Origin: Nitrospirales bacterium
GTDB lineage: Bacteria > Nitrospirota > Nitrospiria > Nitrospirales > UBA8639
Direction: 5' to 3'
DNA: 64,000 nucleotides
NCBI GenBank assembly: GCA_965223295.1
Contig: CBDCWC010000002.1
Location: 384,001-448,000 of the forward strand
Made by a program: the position numbers and the translations under genes. Positions 52,425-62,533 of this stretch are shown in pieces (positions within the stretch are counted from its first letter, which is position 1; every line of letters begins with the position of its first letter). The notes under the pieces are model-generated. The model did no database searches. It saw only the letters and a list, made by a program, of their open reading frames with translations, and was not told where the DNA came from.

Positions 52425-53207
52425 TTAGGCGGGCTGTGCATTCTCTGAAGCCATCACTTCTGAAGGCCCAGACTCTGATGGTTCGGGAAGAAACCCGTCT
52501 CCATTAGCGGCTGACTCTTGTCGTTTTCTCCGCAATTCAACCCCCTCCAGGCATGCATCCGCAATTTGCGCGGTAAATAGCTTGAGAGATCGAATGGCGT
52601 CATCGTTGCCCGGAATTGGATAGTCGACTCCTTCTGGGTCGCAATTAGTATCAACCAGCGCGATTACGGGAATGCCTAAGCGATTGGCCTCCTTGACTGT
52701 GATATGCTGAATCCGGGTGTCCAAAATGTAAATGCAGCCTGGAATGTCTTTCATGCCCTTAATTCCGCTCAAGTATTTTTCTAACTTCGCCTGCTCTTTT
52801 TTCATTTTGACGATTTCTTTTTTCTTTAGCCGGTCATACGTCCCGTCTGTTTCGGCGGCTTCTAATTTTTTAAGTTGCGTAATACTCTTGCGAAGCGTTT
52901 GAAAATTGGTCAGCATCCCACCGAGCCATCGTTGATTGACAAAAAACATTCCTGAGCGATTGGCTTCTTCTTCCACAATGCTCATGGCTTGCCGTTTGGT
53001 GCCGACGAATAGGACTGATTCACCGGCTGCGACCGTATCACGTGTAAATTCGTAGGCTTTTTGGAAGCATTGCAATGTGATTTGTAGGTCAATGATATAG
53101 ATTCCGTTTTTCTCGCCAAAAATATAGCGTTTCATTTTAGGGTTCCAGCGATTCGTTTGATGCCCAAAGTGGACCCCAGCTTCCAATAACGATTTAATCG
53201 TGACCAT
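52425..53207 (-). CDS. rpsB: 30S ribosomal protein S2
   Basis: [37 protein letters not shown]. Confidence 0.98.
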   Translation of the reverse strand: MVTIKSLLEAGVHFGHQTNRWNPKMKRYIFGEKNGIYIIDLQITLQCFQKAYEFTRDTVAAGESVLFVGTKRQAMSIVEEEANRSGMFFVNQRWLGGMLTNFQTLRKSITQLKKLEAAETDGTYDRLKKKEIVKMKKEQAKLEKYLSGIKGMKDIPGCIYILDTRIQHITVKEANRLGIPVIALVDTNCDPEGVDYPIPGNDDAIRSLKLFTAQIADACLEGVELRRKRQESAANGDGFLPEPSESGPSEVMASENAQPA

Positions 53208-53546
53208 AGCGGACCTTCCCACCCCCTTTCAGAGAAAAATGGATTAGCAGCAAGTTGTTCTATCTATTGAAACTGTCAAAGAATTCTGGTGATTCAAATG
53301 GGACCGGCAGGAGACAACGAAGAAAGACTGTCGAGTCAGGCAGGTTATTCCAAGTGAAGAGAGATCCATGAAAAATACGCAAATTTAACAAGATGCTCCT
53401 AAACCAATCAACTGTAGCATAGGTGAAAAAACCAATTCAAGCAATGCTCTTCGGTTTCCGGCGGTTCGTATGGGTTCTCGCAGTCCTTGGTCATTCCACG
53501 AGATACCTTTCACGGGCGTATGCGTTCTAACGTTTTAGATAACATT

Positions 53547-53575
53547 TTGACTCTATGAGACCTCATGGCTATAGT
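53547..53575 (+). promoter_or_regulatory. Sigma70-type promoter for the proA-like gene
   Basis: TTGACT-N17-TATAGT, upstream of SD AAGGAG and ATG at 53620. Confidence 0.55.
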
Positions 53576-53619
53576 CAATGCGCCGTTTTCCATTTTTTTT
53601 GATGCAAGGAGTGAATGTA

Positions 53620-54975
53620 ATGGTTGAGATTCCCGTAAAGCTATATGTCAAAGGTCTATTAACAAAAGCTAAGGCGGCAGCTCGTCCGATGGCCTGTTTA
53701 TCCAGTCAAAAGAAAAACCAAGCATTGCAAGCCATGGCGGAGTCATTGCTCGCTCACGAATCAGACATTCTAGAAGCAAATGAGCAGGACTTAGATGGTA
53801 TTCCCAAAGATGGAGAGCAGCAGGCTCATCGGCAAGCGCTTGAACGAATTCGTATAAGCGAAGATGACGTTCGCAGCATGGTGAAACTGCTTTTAGATTT
53901 TCTTGCTTATCCTGATCCGGTTGGAGAGATGAGTCAGGCCTGGATGACTCCTGATGGCATGCAGGTCCATACGGTCCGCTCTCCCATTGGGGTCTTGGGC
54001 CTTATTTCCGATATGGGACCTTTCATGACGGTCGAGTCTTTAGGCATGTGTGTGAAAACGAATAATGTGTGTATTTATAGAGGCGGGCCAGAATGGACTC
54101 ATACCAACCAGGCCTTAGTCAGTTGTCTGACTGCGGCTGCGGTGGAACAAGGTGTGCCAGATGGTGCACTTATTTTTATTGACCGTGGAGCGCCTGAGGC
54201 CGCCTTGGAAGTGGCGCGTCAGCCGCAGTATGTTCAGGCTGTGGTCCCACGCGGAAGGGCCAGTTTGCGAAATGGCATTGTCGAACAGGCTCGGGTGCCT
54301 GTGATCGGGTTTGATGGTGGGTTATGTCATGTGTATGTGGATCAGGATGCAGATATTCCTTTGGCACAGACGATCGTGGTCAATTCGAAAGTACAGGCGC
54401 CAATGGCCGCAAATGCCATGGATACAGTCCTTGTGCATCGAGATGTAGCTAGGTATCTGTTACCAGGGCTAACCCGTCGGTTGCTTCATGAATATCGGGT
54501 CGTACTGAATGGATGTCCCAAAACCGTTTCTATGTTGGGAGTGTTGGAGATGACTGGCCATTTAGGTATTAATAAGGCTGAAGAAGCCGACTGGAACAAG
54601 AAATTTCAGTCGTTAGTGATGAATATTAAAGTCGTGGCAGATCGCCAGGAAGCCTTGGAGCATATTGCGAAATATTCTCCAGGCCATACGGATTCCATTG
54701 TGACTCGTGATTATGACTTTGCCATGCAGTTTGCTCGTGAAGTTGATTCAAGTGCCGTACTCATTAACGCCTCCACTCGTCTTCATGGAGGAGAGCAGTT
54801 TGGGTTGGGGTCCGAGCTGGGCACGAACAGCCAACGTTTGCATGCCCGTGGCCCTTTAACACTCTCAAGGCTCACGACTGAAAAATATATGGTGTTGGGA
54901 ACGGGGCAATTGCAACAACCTCATCCGGTTCCACAGCCTTACGAAGACGCTATGATGTTATCTTCAAAGTTTTAG
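53620..54975 (+). CDS. Gamma-glutamyl phosphate reductase (ProA) homolog, catalytic Cys absent
   Basis: PDPVGE, VVPRG, GLCHVYVD, HTDSIVT, VDSSAVLINASTRL, LHARGP. The catalytic motif reads PMAANAMDTVLVH. Confidence 0.85.
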   Translation: MVEIPVKLYVKGLLTKAKAAARPMACLSSQKKNQALQAMAESLLAHESDILEANEQDLDGIPKDGEQQAHRQALERIRISEDDVRSMVKLLLDFLAYPDPVGEMSQAWMTPDGMQVHTVRSPIGVLGLISDMGPFMTVESLGMCVKTNNVCIYRGGPEWTHTNQALVSCLTAAAVEQGVPDGALIFIDRGAPEAALEVARQPQYVQAVVPRGRASLRNGIVEQARVPVIGFDGGLCHVYVDQDADIPLAQTIVVNSKVQAPMAANAMDTVLVHRDVARYLLPGLTRRLLHEYRVVLNGCPKTVSMLGVLEMTGHLGINKAEEADWNKKFQSLVMNIKVVADRQEALEHIAKYSPGHTDSIVTRDYDFAMQFAREVDSSAVLINASTRLHGGEQFGLGSELGTNSQRLHARGPLTLSRLTTEKYMVLGTGQLQQPHPVPQPYEDAMMLSSKF

Positions 54976-55086
54976 TCATCAATTAAAATAGAGTCTGCAA
55001 GGTTTTACTGTTTTGAGGGAATTGGAATGCTTGGTAAAACTGCTTGGATCGTTAATCCTCTTTCACTTACCTGTTTTGACGAATGA

Positions 55087-56577
55087 GTGATGGAAGAAAG
55101 GGGGATAACCGGCCAACTGTCAGATAGAGATCTTATTGATTATTTACATTCTTGGGGTCTACGAGAATTTGATGATGAACAAGCCTATTTTCAATGGCAA
55201 CGTCAGTCGTTGTCTCAACAAGATTTGCTGGAATTGCAGTCATTGGTTGAACAACGGCAGGGGGGGGCGAATGAACGAGCCGATATTCAATTCTATGATC
55301 TGTTAGCCAAGCCTACCGTTCTTCCTATTCTCTATTCTCAGCGTTTTAATTACTTTCAAAAAACTTGTTCTCTTATTTCTTCGAGGCTTCCCTCCAAAGG
55401 CCGTGTGTTGGACTTTGGCTGTGGGGTGGGAATTCTTACGTCATATTATGCCCGTCGGCACCCAGAACTTCAGTTTGTCGGTATTGATCGATCAGTTCGA
55501 TCAATTGAAATGGCACAATGCGAAGCTAAAAGACGGCAATTGAGAAATGTCTGCTATCGGGTGTTTCAGGATATCGGCTCGCATGATAAAGAAGTATTCG
55601 ACTGCATTCTGTCCACTCAAGCCTTATTCCAGTCTGAGCAAGAACCAGGCTTGCCTAGTAAGAATTGGGGAACGTTTGAGCGAGATATTGATCCTGCGCG
55701 GCAAGAAGCCCTTGAAATACAGACTGGCCTGAAAAAACGTTTAGAAGCCTTACTTGCTCTGCTGGCTCCTGCAGGGAAATTGATCTGTCTGGAGAAGACA
55801 TGGAACCTTGGACGTCGAATTTTTTTTCAGCGCGCTCTAAGGGGAAAAGACCTTGGTCCTTTGAGTGAGCCTGTTCCGTGTTCTTATCATGAGTTGGGTG
55901 AGATGAATATTGATGGCCCTTTGTTTGAAGTGTCTCGGGCCTCTGCGAATGAACCTATGATCTGGCATGAAAATCCGTTTCACCGAGATGGAGAAACATT
56001 GTATCAATGTGTTGGTGGGCGTGCTGAACAAATGGCCATGTCTTTGGGTACGACGGAAAATCAGGAGATGTTTGAAGGGCAACATCCTCATTGGGGCGCA
56101 TGGACTTTTCAATTTGGTGTGTGGGAGCAGGTATTAGCTTGGAGTTTCTGTAAGACCGCATCGGGTTTTCGAGGGCTCATGCTTGGCAGTTGGCAGGAGA
56201 AGGATCTCTTGTTTCAATTGACTCAACAAGTGAAGAATCTTAATGATGGGGAATTTAATGATTTACTTCAAGATTGTTGGGGGTCTCCTCGTAATATGAC
56301 TCGGCAGGAGGCCTCTCCAGGTTACGAAAATCATTTTGCTTCTGCGCAGAATATTTATGAACGGCTGCCTCAAAAAGTAATTCTCCAAGAACAAACCTTT
56401 GCTGACGGGCAGGGAAAAGAAATGCATTTGGAAGTTGGAACAACCCAATCTTTGATCTATTTCTATTGGGCCAATACCTTTGATCAGCGCCAATTGGTTC
56501 TTATGGATGAAGCAGGGAGGCACATGCTCAATGAATATTATCAAGAATCTCTTCAAGATGCGCAACGTGCATCTTAA
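55087..56577 (+). CDS. Class I SAM-dependent methyltransferase domain protein
   Basis: VLDFGCGVG motif I, GIDRS, FDCIL; long uncharacterised C-terminal region. Confidence 0.8.
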   Translation: MMEERGITGQLSDRDLIDYLHSWGLREFDDEQAYFQWQRQSLSQQDLLELQSLVEQRQGGANERADIQFYDLLAKPTVLPILYSQRFNYFQKTCSLISSRLPSKGRVLDFGCGVGILTSYYARRHPELQFVGIDRSVRSIEMAQCEAKRRQLRNVCYRVFQDIGSHDKEVFDCILSTQALFQSEQEPGLPSKNWGTFERDIDPARQEALEIQTGLKKRLEALLALLAPAGKLICLEKTWNLGRRIFFQRALRGKDLGPLSEPVPCSYHELGEMNIDGPLFEVSRASANEPMIWHENPFHRDGETLYQCVGGRAEQMAMSLGTTENQEMFEGQHPHWGAWTFQFGVWEQVLAWSFCKTASGFRGLMLGSWQEKDLLFQLTQQVKNLNDGEFNDLLQDCWGSPRNMTRQEASPGYENHFASAQNIYERLPQKVILQEQTFADGQGKEMHLEVGTTQSLIYFYWANTFDQRQLVLMDEAGRHMLNEYYQESLQDAQRAS

Positions 56578-56616
56578 GAAATCCTTCCAGTTGTATGAGC
56601 GATGAAAATTCTTTGG

Positions 56617-56937
56617 TTATTGGGAGAAGAAAAACTGAAACGGCCGATGTAGAGAGGCAGCATAACAGGCTATTGTGTTGTACGTTTGTTGTTGTCTTTC
56701 AATGGAAAAATTTCTCCATTTCGTTGGTAGGCCGATAGTCAAGATTCTTCCATTATCGTGAATCCCGCTTACGGTCCCCCTCTCTAAGTACCTTAATAAT
56801 TGTTCCCCTTCAGATTTGTCTGATGTACAAGTGTGGCCAGATGACGCTGTGACAGTCGAAGGCTGCTGGGGGTATTTGATTGAGATAGTCCCCGACCAGA
56901 GAAATAGGCCTATGGCAAAAATAATGATGTATCGCAT
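56617..56937 (-). CDS. Small exported hypothetical protein
   Basis: SD AGGAG, N-terminal hydrophobic segment, two Cys. Confidence 0.65.
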   Translation of the reverse strand: MRYIIIFAIGLFLWSGTISIKYPQQPSTVTASSGHTCTSDKSEGEQLLRYLERGTVSGIHDNGRILTIGLPTKWRNFSIERQQQTYNTIACYAASLHRPFQFFFSQ

Positions 56938-57327
56938 AAAGTCTCCTGGAATATGGACAAAGTGTGGCGGAGACGGTGAAGATGGGTAAATACCCCGAAT
57001 GGAGTGTAGAAAAAATCAATGAATACAGAGGGTTAGACTTGTTATTGCGTATCAAGGAGAATGGAGAGAGAGCTTTGTCGAATGTAGGTGAAATGCTTCA
57101 AGAGCATTCGCGTATCACGACTTAAGAAATATTAAGAAAGCAACAGAAATTTCCGACAAATGAAACACTACTATCAGTGGTTTTCAGGACGAATTTTTGT
57201 TGTTTTTCAATCTGATGAGGTGTTCTTGTCATAACAGACAGGCTGCAATGTTAAAGCCCTGTCAGAAGCCTGAGTGAAATGGGAAATTTCAAGCGGGATA
57301 TTAGGAACAAGAGTCGAAAGAGTAGAA

Positions 57328-58293
57328 ATGGTAAATGAACCAACCGCATTCTGGGTATTGATTGGTACCTGTTGTTTGCATTGGGCAACAGTCCTCGTGT
57401 TAATTCGTCGAGTGCGAGAAACGGAAAAGCCCTTTGCCTGGAATCTTCTAGGTTTGGCCGTGAGCGTGCTAGCGATGCAACAGACCTATGGGCTCTATCT
57501 GCAAATTACTGAAGTTAATCCGCCTCTGTTAAGCATATTGGGGGAGATGTTGGGGTTGTTGGTGGCAGGTTTGATGTTAGGAGGTATTGTCATGTTAGCC
57601 CCTATCTTGAAAATCCTTCAACGAAATAAGGAATTGTTAGAAGTCATTGATGAGCGCAATCTTGCGATTTGCCAATTTCATGAACGGATTGCCGGAACGC
57701 TACGACAGGTTCAAATGGCTATGGAAGTTGGAAAGCCTACGAGTCACACCATTGAGCAAGTATCAGAGATGTCGACAATGGTGCATGTGTTTCTAGAGGA
57801 TCTTAAAGCTGGTGTGTTACTGGGCAACAAATTTGAAATTGCGCTGAAAACGCTTGTTGACGATCTGAGTAAACAAGGACCGTTCCCAATCTCCGTGTAC
57901 GTTGATCCTCTAGTGGAAGATTTGCTGTCCTATGATCAGGGTGCAGAGTTGCTGCATATGTTGCGGGAAGCGATTCACAACAGTGTGCAACATTCCGGGG
58001 CGAAAAAAGGGAAAGTGTCTGTTAAAGTTTCAGACTCATTGATCGTGTTGGAGGTTTCTGACAATGGAAAAGGGTTTGAATTTGATCTTGTCGAGGCCCA
58101 AGAGCATGGCCTTGGGAATATGGCCCTACGTGCAAAAGAAATTGGAGCCCGTCTCAAGGTTCAAAGCCAACCCAATAAAGGGACCACAATTCTAATTGAG
58201 TTGCCACGAAACAAGCAGTCAGCGAATAGCAACTTTATAGCTTCCTCAGGTGATTCTTCCAGAGAAGTTGCGGAAAAAGTCTCTGTCACGTAA
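57328..58293 (+). CDS. Membrane sensor histidine kinase (NarX/UhpB-type HATPase)
   Basis: Three TM segments; REAIHNSVQHS (N box), DNGKGF, GLGNM, GTTI. Degenerate H-box CQFHE. Confidence 0.8.
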   Translation: MVNEPTAFWVLIGTCCLHWATVLVLIRRVRETEKPFAWNLLGLAVSVLAMQQTYGLYLQITEVNPPLLSILGEMLGLLVAGLMLGGIVMLAPILKILQRNKELLEVIDERNLAICQFHERIAGTLRQVQMAMEVGKPTSHTIEQVSEMSTMVHVFLEDLKAGVLLGNKFEIALKTLVDDLSKQGPFPISVYVDPLVEDLLSYDQGAELLHMLREAIHNSVQHSGAKKGKVSVKVSDSLIVLEVSDNGKGFEFDLVEAQEHGLGNMALRAKEIGARLKVQSQPNKGTTILIELPRNKQSANSNFIASSGDSSREVAEKVSVT

Positions 58294-58425
58294 GGAGCTT
58301 TTTTTGGAAACGGAAATTATTCCTTTCGATACCTCTTTTTGCTATGGGCCGTTTCTGGCATGAAGCAAAGTCTAAAAGACTCAGGATTAATTAATCAATG
58401 AGAATGATAGAGGTTAGGGGAAAAG

Positions 58426-58501
58426 TGGTGGCGGTGGAGGGTCTCGAACCCCCGGCCCGCGGCTTATGAGTCCGCTGCTCTACCACCTGAGCTACACCGC
58501 C
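58426..58501 (-). tRNA. tRNA with CAT anticodon (probably elongator tRNA-Met)
   Basis: GGCGGTGTAGCTCAGGTGGTAGAGCAGCGGACTCATAAGCCGCGGGCCGGGGGTTCGAGACCCTCCACCGCCACCA. 76 nt, G1-C72 paired, encoded CCA. Confidence 0.95.
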
Positions 58502-58645
58502 ATTTACTGAGACAAACGAAGATGTTGACCTTATTGTCACGAATAGAAGAAGAAACCTATACCATAGGTCGTGAAGCTCCCACAATTCCTTTTCTTGAAA
58601 CTGTGAGTTTTCTTTCATTATTTTTTAACCTTAAGTACTGATTAA

Positions 58646-59896
58646 TTGATTATGACTGATACTGCTGAGGCACTTCCGAAACAATCGGTGTTGGTTGGCC
58701 GGCAGGCCATATTTGATCGTCATGGAGAGGTTTTTGGATACGAGCTGCTCTATCGGGATGGGACTGGGAATAGTGCCAATATCATGGATGGAGATGAGGC
58801 CACAGCCCGAGTGATGGTGAACACCTTTTTAGAATTAGGTCTTGATCAGATTGCGGGAGATGCGCTGGCCTTTATCAATCTGACGGCAAATTCTTTCATG
58901 GGCAAGCATTATGAAATTCTTCCTTCAAAAAATGTGGTGTTGGAAGTCTTAGAAACGATTGACCCAACGCCGTCTGTATTAGAGGCACTTCAAGAAGCCA
59001 AGCAAAGTGGCTATTACATTGCCTTAGATGATTTTGTCTTGAGGGAATCTCATCGTCCTCTTTTACAGCATGCGGATTTTGTCAAAGTTGATGTGTTGGC
59101 GTTGACTGAAGCCGAACTTCATGAACAGGTGCAAATGTTTCAGGAATATTCGATTCAGTTGTTGGCTGAAAAAGTCGAGGATTTGGCGATGCATACTCAA
59201 TGCTTGGCTTTGGGGTTCGAGTACTTTCAGGGATATTATTTTTGTAAACCGCAAATCATGGAAGGCGTGAGTCTTTTGGGCAATCGGATGGCGATTGTCT
59301 TGCTTCTTGCGAAGCTTCAAGATCCTTCCCTGGAAATTGAAGAACTTGAAAGTTTAGTCAAAAATGATGTAGCGCTGAGTGTCAAGCTCCTGCGATATGT
59401 CAACTCTGCGTCAGTTGGTTTGCCCCGATCGGTCGATTCAATTTCTCAAGCTATTGGTTTAGTTGGGACAGATCGCATGCGGCAATGGGCTTCCCTGCTC
59501 GTGTTATCCCAGATGGGAGACAAGCCTACAGAGCTTATGCGAGTGGCCCTGATAAGAGCGCATATGTGTGAAGCCTTGTGCCCTCTTTTTGGAGTGTCTT
59601 CAGGCCAGGGATTTACGGTAGGAATGTTTTCGATCTTAGATGCCTATTTGGATTGTGAAATGAAACAGCTTTTGGCAGATCTTCCGCTTGCAGAGGAGAT
59701 TCTCGATGCGTTGTTGAAGGAAGAGGGTCAGTTAGGGGAAATATTAAGAGGTGTTCTGGCCTATGAACGTGGAGAATGGGACCAACAAACTATTGGGGTT
59801 GTTGAGCTAAGCATATTGAAATCTCTCTACTGGCAAAGTATTGAATGGGCTAATGGCATCATGGCGACGATTAAACCAGAGAAGAAAGGTTCCTAG
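58646..59896 (+). CDS. EAL + HDOD domain protein (YuxH/PdeH-like)
   Basis: GRQAIFD, GYELLYR, IALDDF, LLAEKVE, FQGYYF; HDOD KLLRYVNSA...RAHMCE...GMFSILDA. Confidence 0.92.
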   Translation: MIMTDTAEALPKQSVLVGRQAIFDRHGEVFGYELLYRDGTGNSANIMDGDEATARVMVNTFLELGLDQIAGDALAFINLTANSFMGKHYEILPSKNVVLEVLETIDPTPSVLEALQEAKQSGYYIALDDFVLRESHRPLLQHADFVKVDVLALTEAELHEQVQMFQEYSIQLLAEKVEDLAMHTQCLALGFEYFQGYYFCKPQIMEGVSLLGNRMAIVLLLAKLQDPSLEIEELESLVKNDVALSVKLLRYVNSASVGLPRSVDSISQAIGLVGTDRMRQWASLLVLSQMGDKPTELMRVALIRAHMCEALCPLFGVSSGQGFTVGMFSILDAYLDCEMKQLLADLPLAEEILDALLKEEGQLGEILRGVLAYERGEWDQQTIGVVELSILKSLYWQSIEWANGIMATIKPEKKGS

Positions 59897-59908
59897 TGTC
59901 GCTTGGAC

Positions 59909-61075
59909 TTAGGTTCTCCGTTTATCGTCCTGCTCTCCGATAAAGGAATGAAGAACACCTAAGCCCTGTTCGCCAAGTTCCACAGGTTTTTCTTCCTCTT
60001 CTGTTGCAATTTGATCATCAGGTAGTTTGGGGGTGATCTTGGCCTTAATTTCGTCTTCCAGGGCCTCGTCAGAAAGGTCCATATCATTTAAGAGCGCATG
60101 TAAACGCTGGAAAGCCAGGATGGAGCGTGCGTGAGAAGCCCACGAACCTGAAAACTCCGTATCATTGACTTTGGTAATGCTAGTCCAGAACTTAGATTCT
60201 TCAGGTTCAGACATGGTGCCATCCACAAAGGCTTGCAATTTGTTCAATAAGGTTTCTTCGGTCTTTTCGAATCCATCATACTCGACAAGGGATCGTTCGA
60301 TAGGCCGTTGAGCCAGAACGGTAAATGTTTCTCGCCAAATATCTAAGGGTTGAGTCGTGCCATTTTCAGAAGAAGAGGGATCTTGTTGTTTCTGCAGAAT
60401 TGTCAGGAATTGTTCTAGGGCCTTCACTTTCCTGGCCGCTAAACTGCCTAGCGGGATTCCCCAGACATGGGCAATTTCATGATCTTTCATCGGTGCTGTG
60501 CCCGCCGTCACAAATTCTTGTTGTGACATTTTAAGGCGGCGACGAAAGATTGCCCGTCTTCGTAACAAGGCTTGAAATTCTAGCAAGAGTCGCTGAGTTT
60601 GATAATCTTTTTGAGTAAGCTCCTCTCGTTCCCAGGCTCGATCTAATTTGCGCAGTTCCTGCCGAAGTAGAACAGAGGGTGCTTGGTTTTTTGTCGTTTT
60701 TAGCATTTCTTGGTCAGTGTGAAAGTCTTCGCGAAGCAAGCGTTCAGCCATTGCAATCTTTCGATCGATGAGTGCAAGTGCTTGTTTGAGAAATTCTACA
60801 TGCATGCCTGGCCGTTCGCGCTTTTGGCGATAATAGCTTTTATATTGATTTGAACGGGAAGCCACGTTCTGTACAGCTTCCAAAGAAATCGTTTTCCCTG
60901 TTGGCTGTGTCCCAGATAAAAAGCGGGAATCAGGTTGGTCTGTGGCCATATAATCAATTTGGTCTTGGGTCATGTCCATATATTGTAATAAGAGCAGCTG
61001 TATCATGGTCTGATTCTGAAGAGGAAGGGCCTTCAGAGCCGATTCGATGTGTTCATACTGCAGGGTTGATGTCAT
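59909..61075 (-). CDS. Hypothetical helical protein with a sigma70 region-4-like HTH
   Basis: MKDHEIAHVWGIPLGSLAARKVKALEQF HTH-like segment; SD AGGA. Confidence 0.7.
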   Translation of the reverse strand: MTSTLQYEHIESALKALPLQNQTMIQLLLLQYMDMTQDQIDYMATDQPDSRFLSGTQPTGKTISLEAVQNVASRSNQYKSYYRQKRERPGMHVEFLKQALALIDRKIAMAERLLREDFHTDQEMLKTTKNQAPSVLLRQELRKLDRAWEREELTQKDYQTQRLLLEFQALLRRRAIFRRRLKMSQQEFVTAGTAPMKDHEIAHVWGIPLGSLAARKVKALEQFLTILQKQQDPSSSENGTTQPLDIWRETFTVLAQRPIERSLVEYDGFEKTEETLLNKLQAFVDGTMSEPEESKFWTSITKVNDTEFSGSWASHARSILAFQRLHALLNDMDLSDEALEDEIKAKITPKLPDDQIATEEEEKPVELGEQGLGVLHSFIGEQDDKRRT

Positions 61076-61104
61076 AACTGTTCCTGTTTTGATTAGACTG
61101 TGAG

Positions 61105-61326
61105 TTATCCTGAGCTGGCCTCATTCATAGATTCGAGATAGGTGGCGGCGTATTCACGGAGTTGTTGGACCGTTCCGCTGGCATAGAGCTCTCGAGGTAT
61201 AGGAACTTTTACGAGCTTGGAGACATCGGCTCCTCGTTCAGCCGCCCAATCTTCATCAACATACAAAGTAACTGCCCCGTCTTGTTCTCGGCGAACAAAT
61301 AAAATATTCTGTTCTTCTTCTTCCAT
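61105..61326 (-). CDS. Small acidic hypothetical protein
   Basis: SD GAGGA before ATG at 61326; 73 aa; co-oriented with neighbours. Confidence 0.7.
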   Translation of the reverse strand: MEEEEQNILFVRREQDGAVTLYVDEDWAAERGADVSKLVKVPIPRELYASGTVQQLREYAATYLESMNEASSG

Positions 61327-61502
61327 CGTAATCCTCAAAAACTAGTAATAAATCATAGAGTTGTGATAGCACAGCCGTCAAATCGCTGTCAAAAGATGAG
61401 GTGCAAATGACTAGGCTGGCGCATTTTTGACAATACTCTAAAATGGGAACTATCTGGAATGATTGAACCTTTCCATACCGTTAGTAAGAGAAAAATACTG
61501 GC

Positions 61503-61540
61503 AAAAAAATGCACTGGCTAAGAATACCCTTGCCAGTGCA
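61503..61540 (-). terminator. Intrinsic terminator after chdC
   Basis: Minus strand: TGCACTGGC...GCCAGTGCA stem followed by a T7 tract. Confidence 0.7.
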
Positions 61541-61592
61541 CAACCTTTAAGGAATACTTGATGTTGTTAAGCCGTTGGGGCCAACCAAAGGT

Positions 61593-62300
61593 TTACCCTC
61601 CTAAGGTCTCCACGACTTCCTTCATGCTCTTCATGATACAGGTAAAAATTGGGATGTCTCGTTTCACGTACCGGCTGCCTTCGGAGCCTCGTAATTCCAT
61701 AACGAGGTCTAGGAAATCTTGGGGAGAGTCGGTTTCAAAAGCCACCACAAATTCCTGATCATCCAACCCAAAAGAGTAGGTGGTGTTGAGTTTGACGGAT
61801 GGGTATTTATGCCCGATTTCAATATGTTCATCCATCATGCCTTGCCGGGCGGCTTTGGTGAGTAGGTACCATTCGCGGGTTTTTTCAAATGGATAGACAA
61901 ATATATACTTCGCTCGGCCTGGAGAAATTTTTAAACGGCGGCTTTCTTGCCCTTCATGTACGTGATTGTCGACATAAATAGACCGCTTTGTCATGGACAA
62001 ATAAGAATAAGGGGTGGACAAATATTGTCCCAAGCCAGTAGCTAAGAGCTTTGAGCTCATTTCTTGGAACATTTCTAAATCATAGGTGATTCGCCACAAC
62101 ATGAAGTCGCAATCGCCACGAATCCCTGTGGTGGTATAAGGGACCACAATGACTTTGCCTGTGTATTCCTCTGCAGCTCGGATAAACTCTTGTTTTCCTC
62201 TGTCCCGTTCTTCTTTAGGAAGGCGGCGCCATAAGGGGTCGACTTTATAGAAACTAAAATTGACAAATTGTTGTTTGCCAGCCTGTTCGGCACCAGCCAT
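61593..62300 (-). CDS. chdC: Coproheme decarboxylase (ChdC/HemQ, chlorite dismutase-like family)
   Basis: YPFEK (radical Tyr/Lys), WYLL, MMDEH proximal His, SFGLDDQEF. No distal Arg as in true Cld. Confidence 0.8.
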   Translation of the reverse strand: MAGAEQAGKQQFVNFSFYKVDPLWRRLPKEERDRGKQEFIRAAEEYTGKVIVVPYTTTGIRGDCDFMLWRITYDLEMFQEMSSKLLATGLGQYLSTPYSYLSMTKRSIYVDNHVHEGQESRRLKISPGRAKYIFVYPFEKTREWYLLTKAARQGMMDEHIEIGHKYPSVKLNTTYSFGLDDQEFVVAFETDSPQDFLDLVMELRGSEGSRYVKRDIPIFTCIMKSMKEVVETLGG

Positions 62301-62533
62301 AATACGACCTCCCCTGGAAAGAAAAACCTATGTATTTCTAATGATTTAAAACTAAAACTGGAAGTACTACCATCGAGACTCTAATCTTGTCAATCGGCAC
62401 GGACTTCAAAGTCCAAGTTGCGTCGTGTGTTGCCAATAACTTACGGAAAAAAGGTTTATAGAATTTGAAAAAATAAGTAATATACGTAAATAAATACACG
62501 AATAAAAATATTAAAAATGTAGAAATTTTCTGA

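Noticed and set aside
58426-58501. tRNA as an island or prophage attachment site
   Set aside because: No integrase nearby and no duplicated tRNA 3' end noticed in the window.
61593-62300. Chlorite dismutase call
   Set aside because: The distal Arg position is Leu (VKLNT) and the ChdC Tyr motif YPFEK is present, so ChdC/HemQ fits better.
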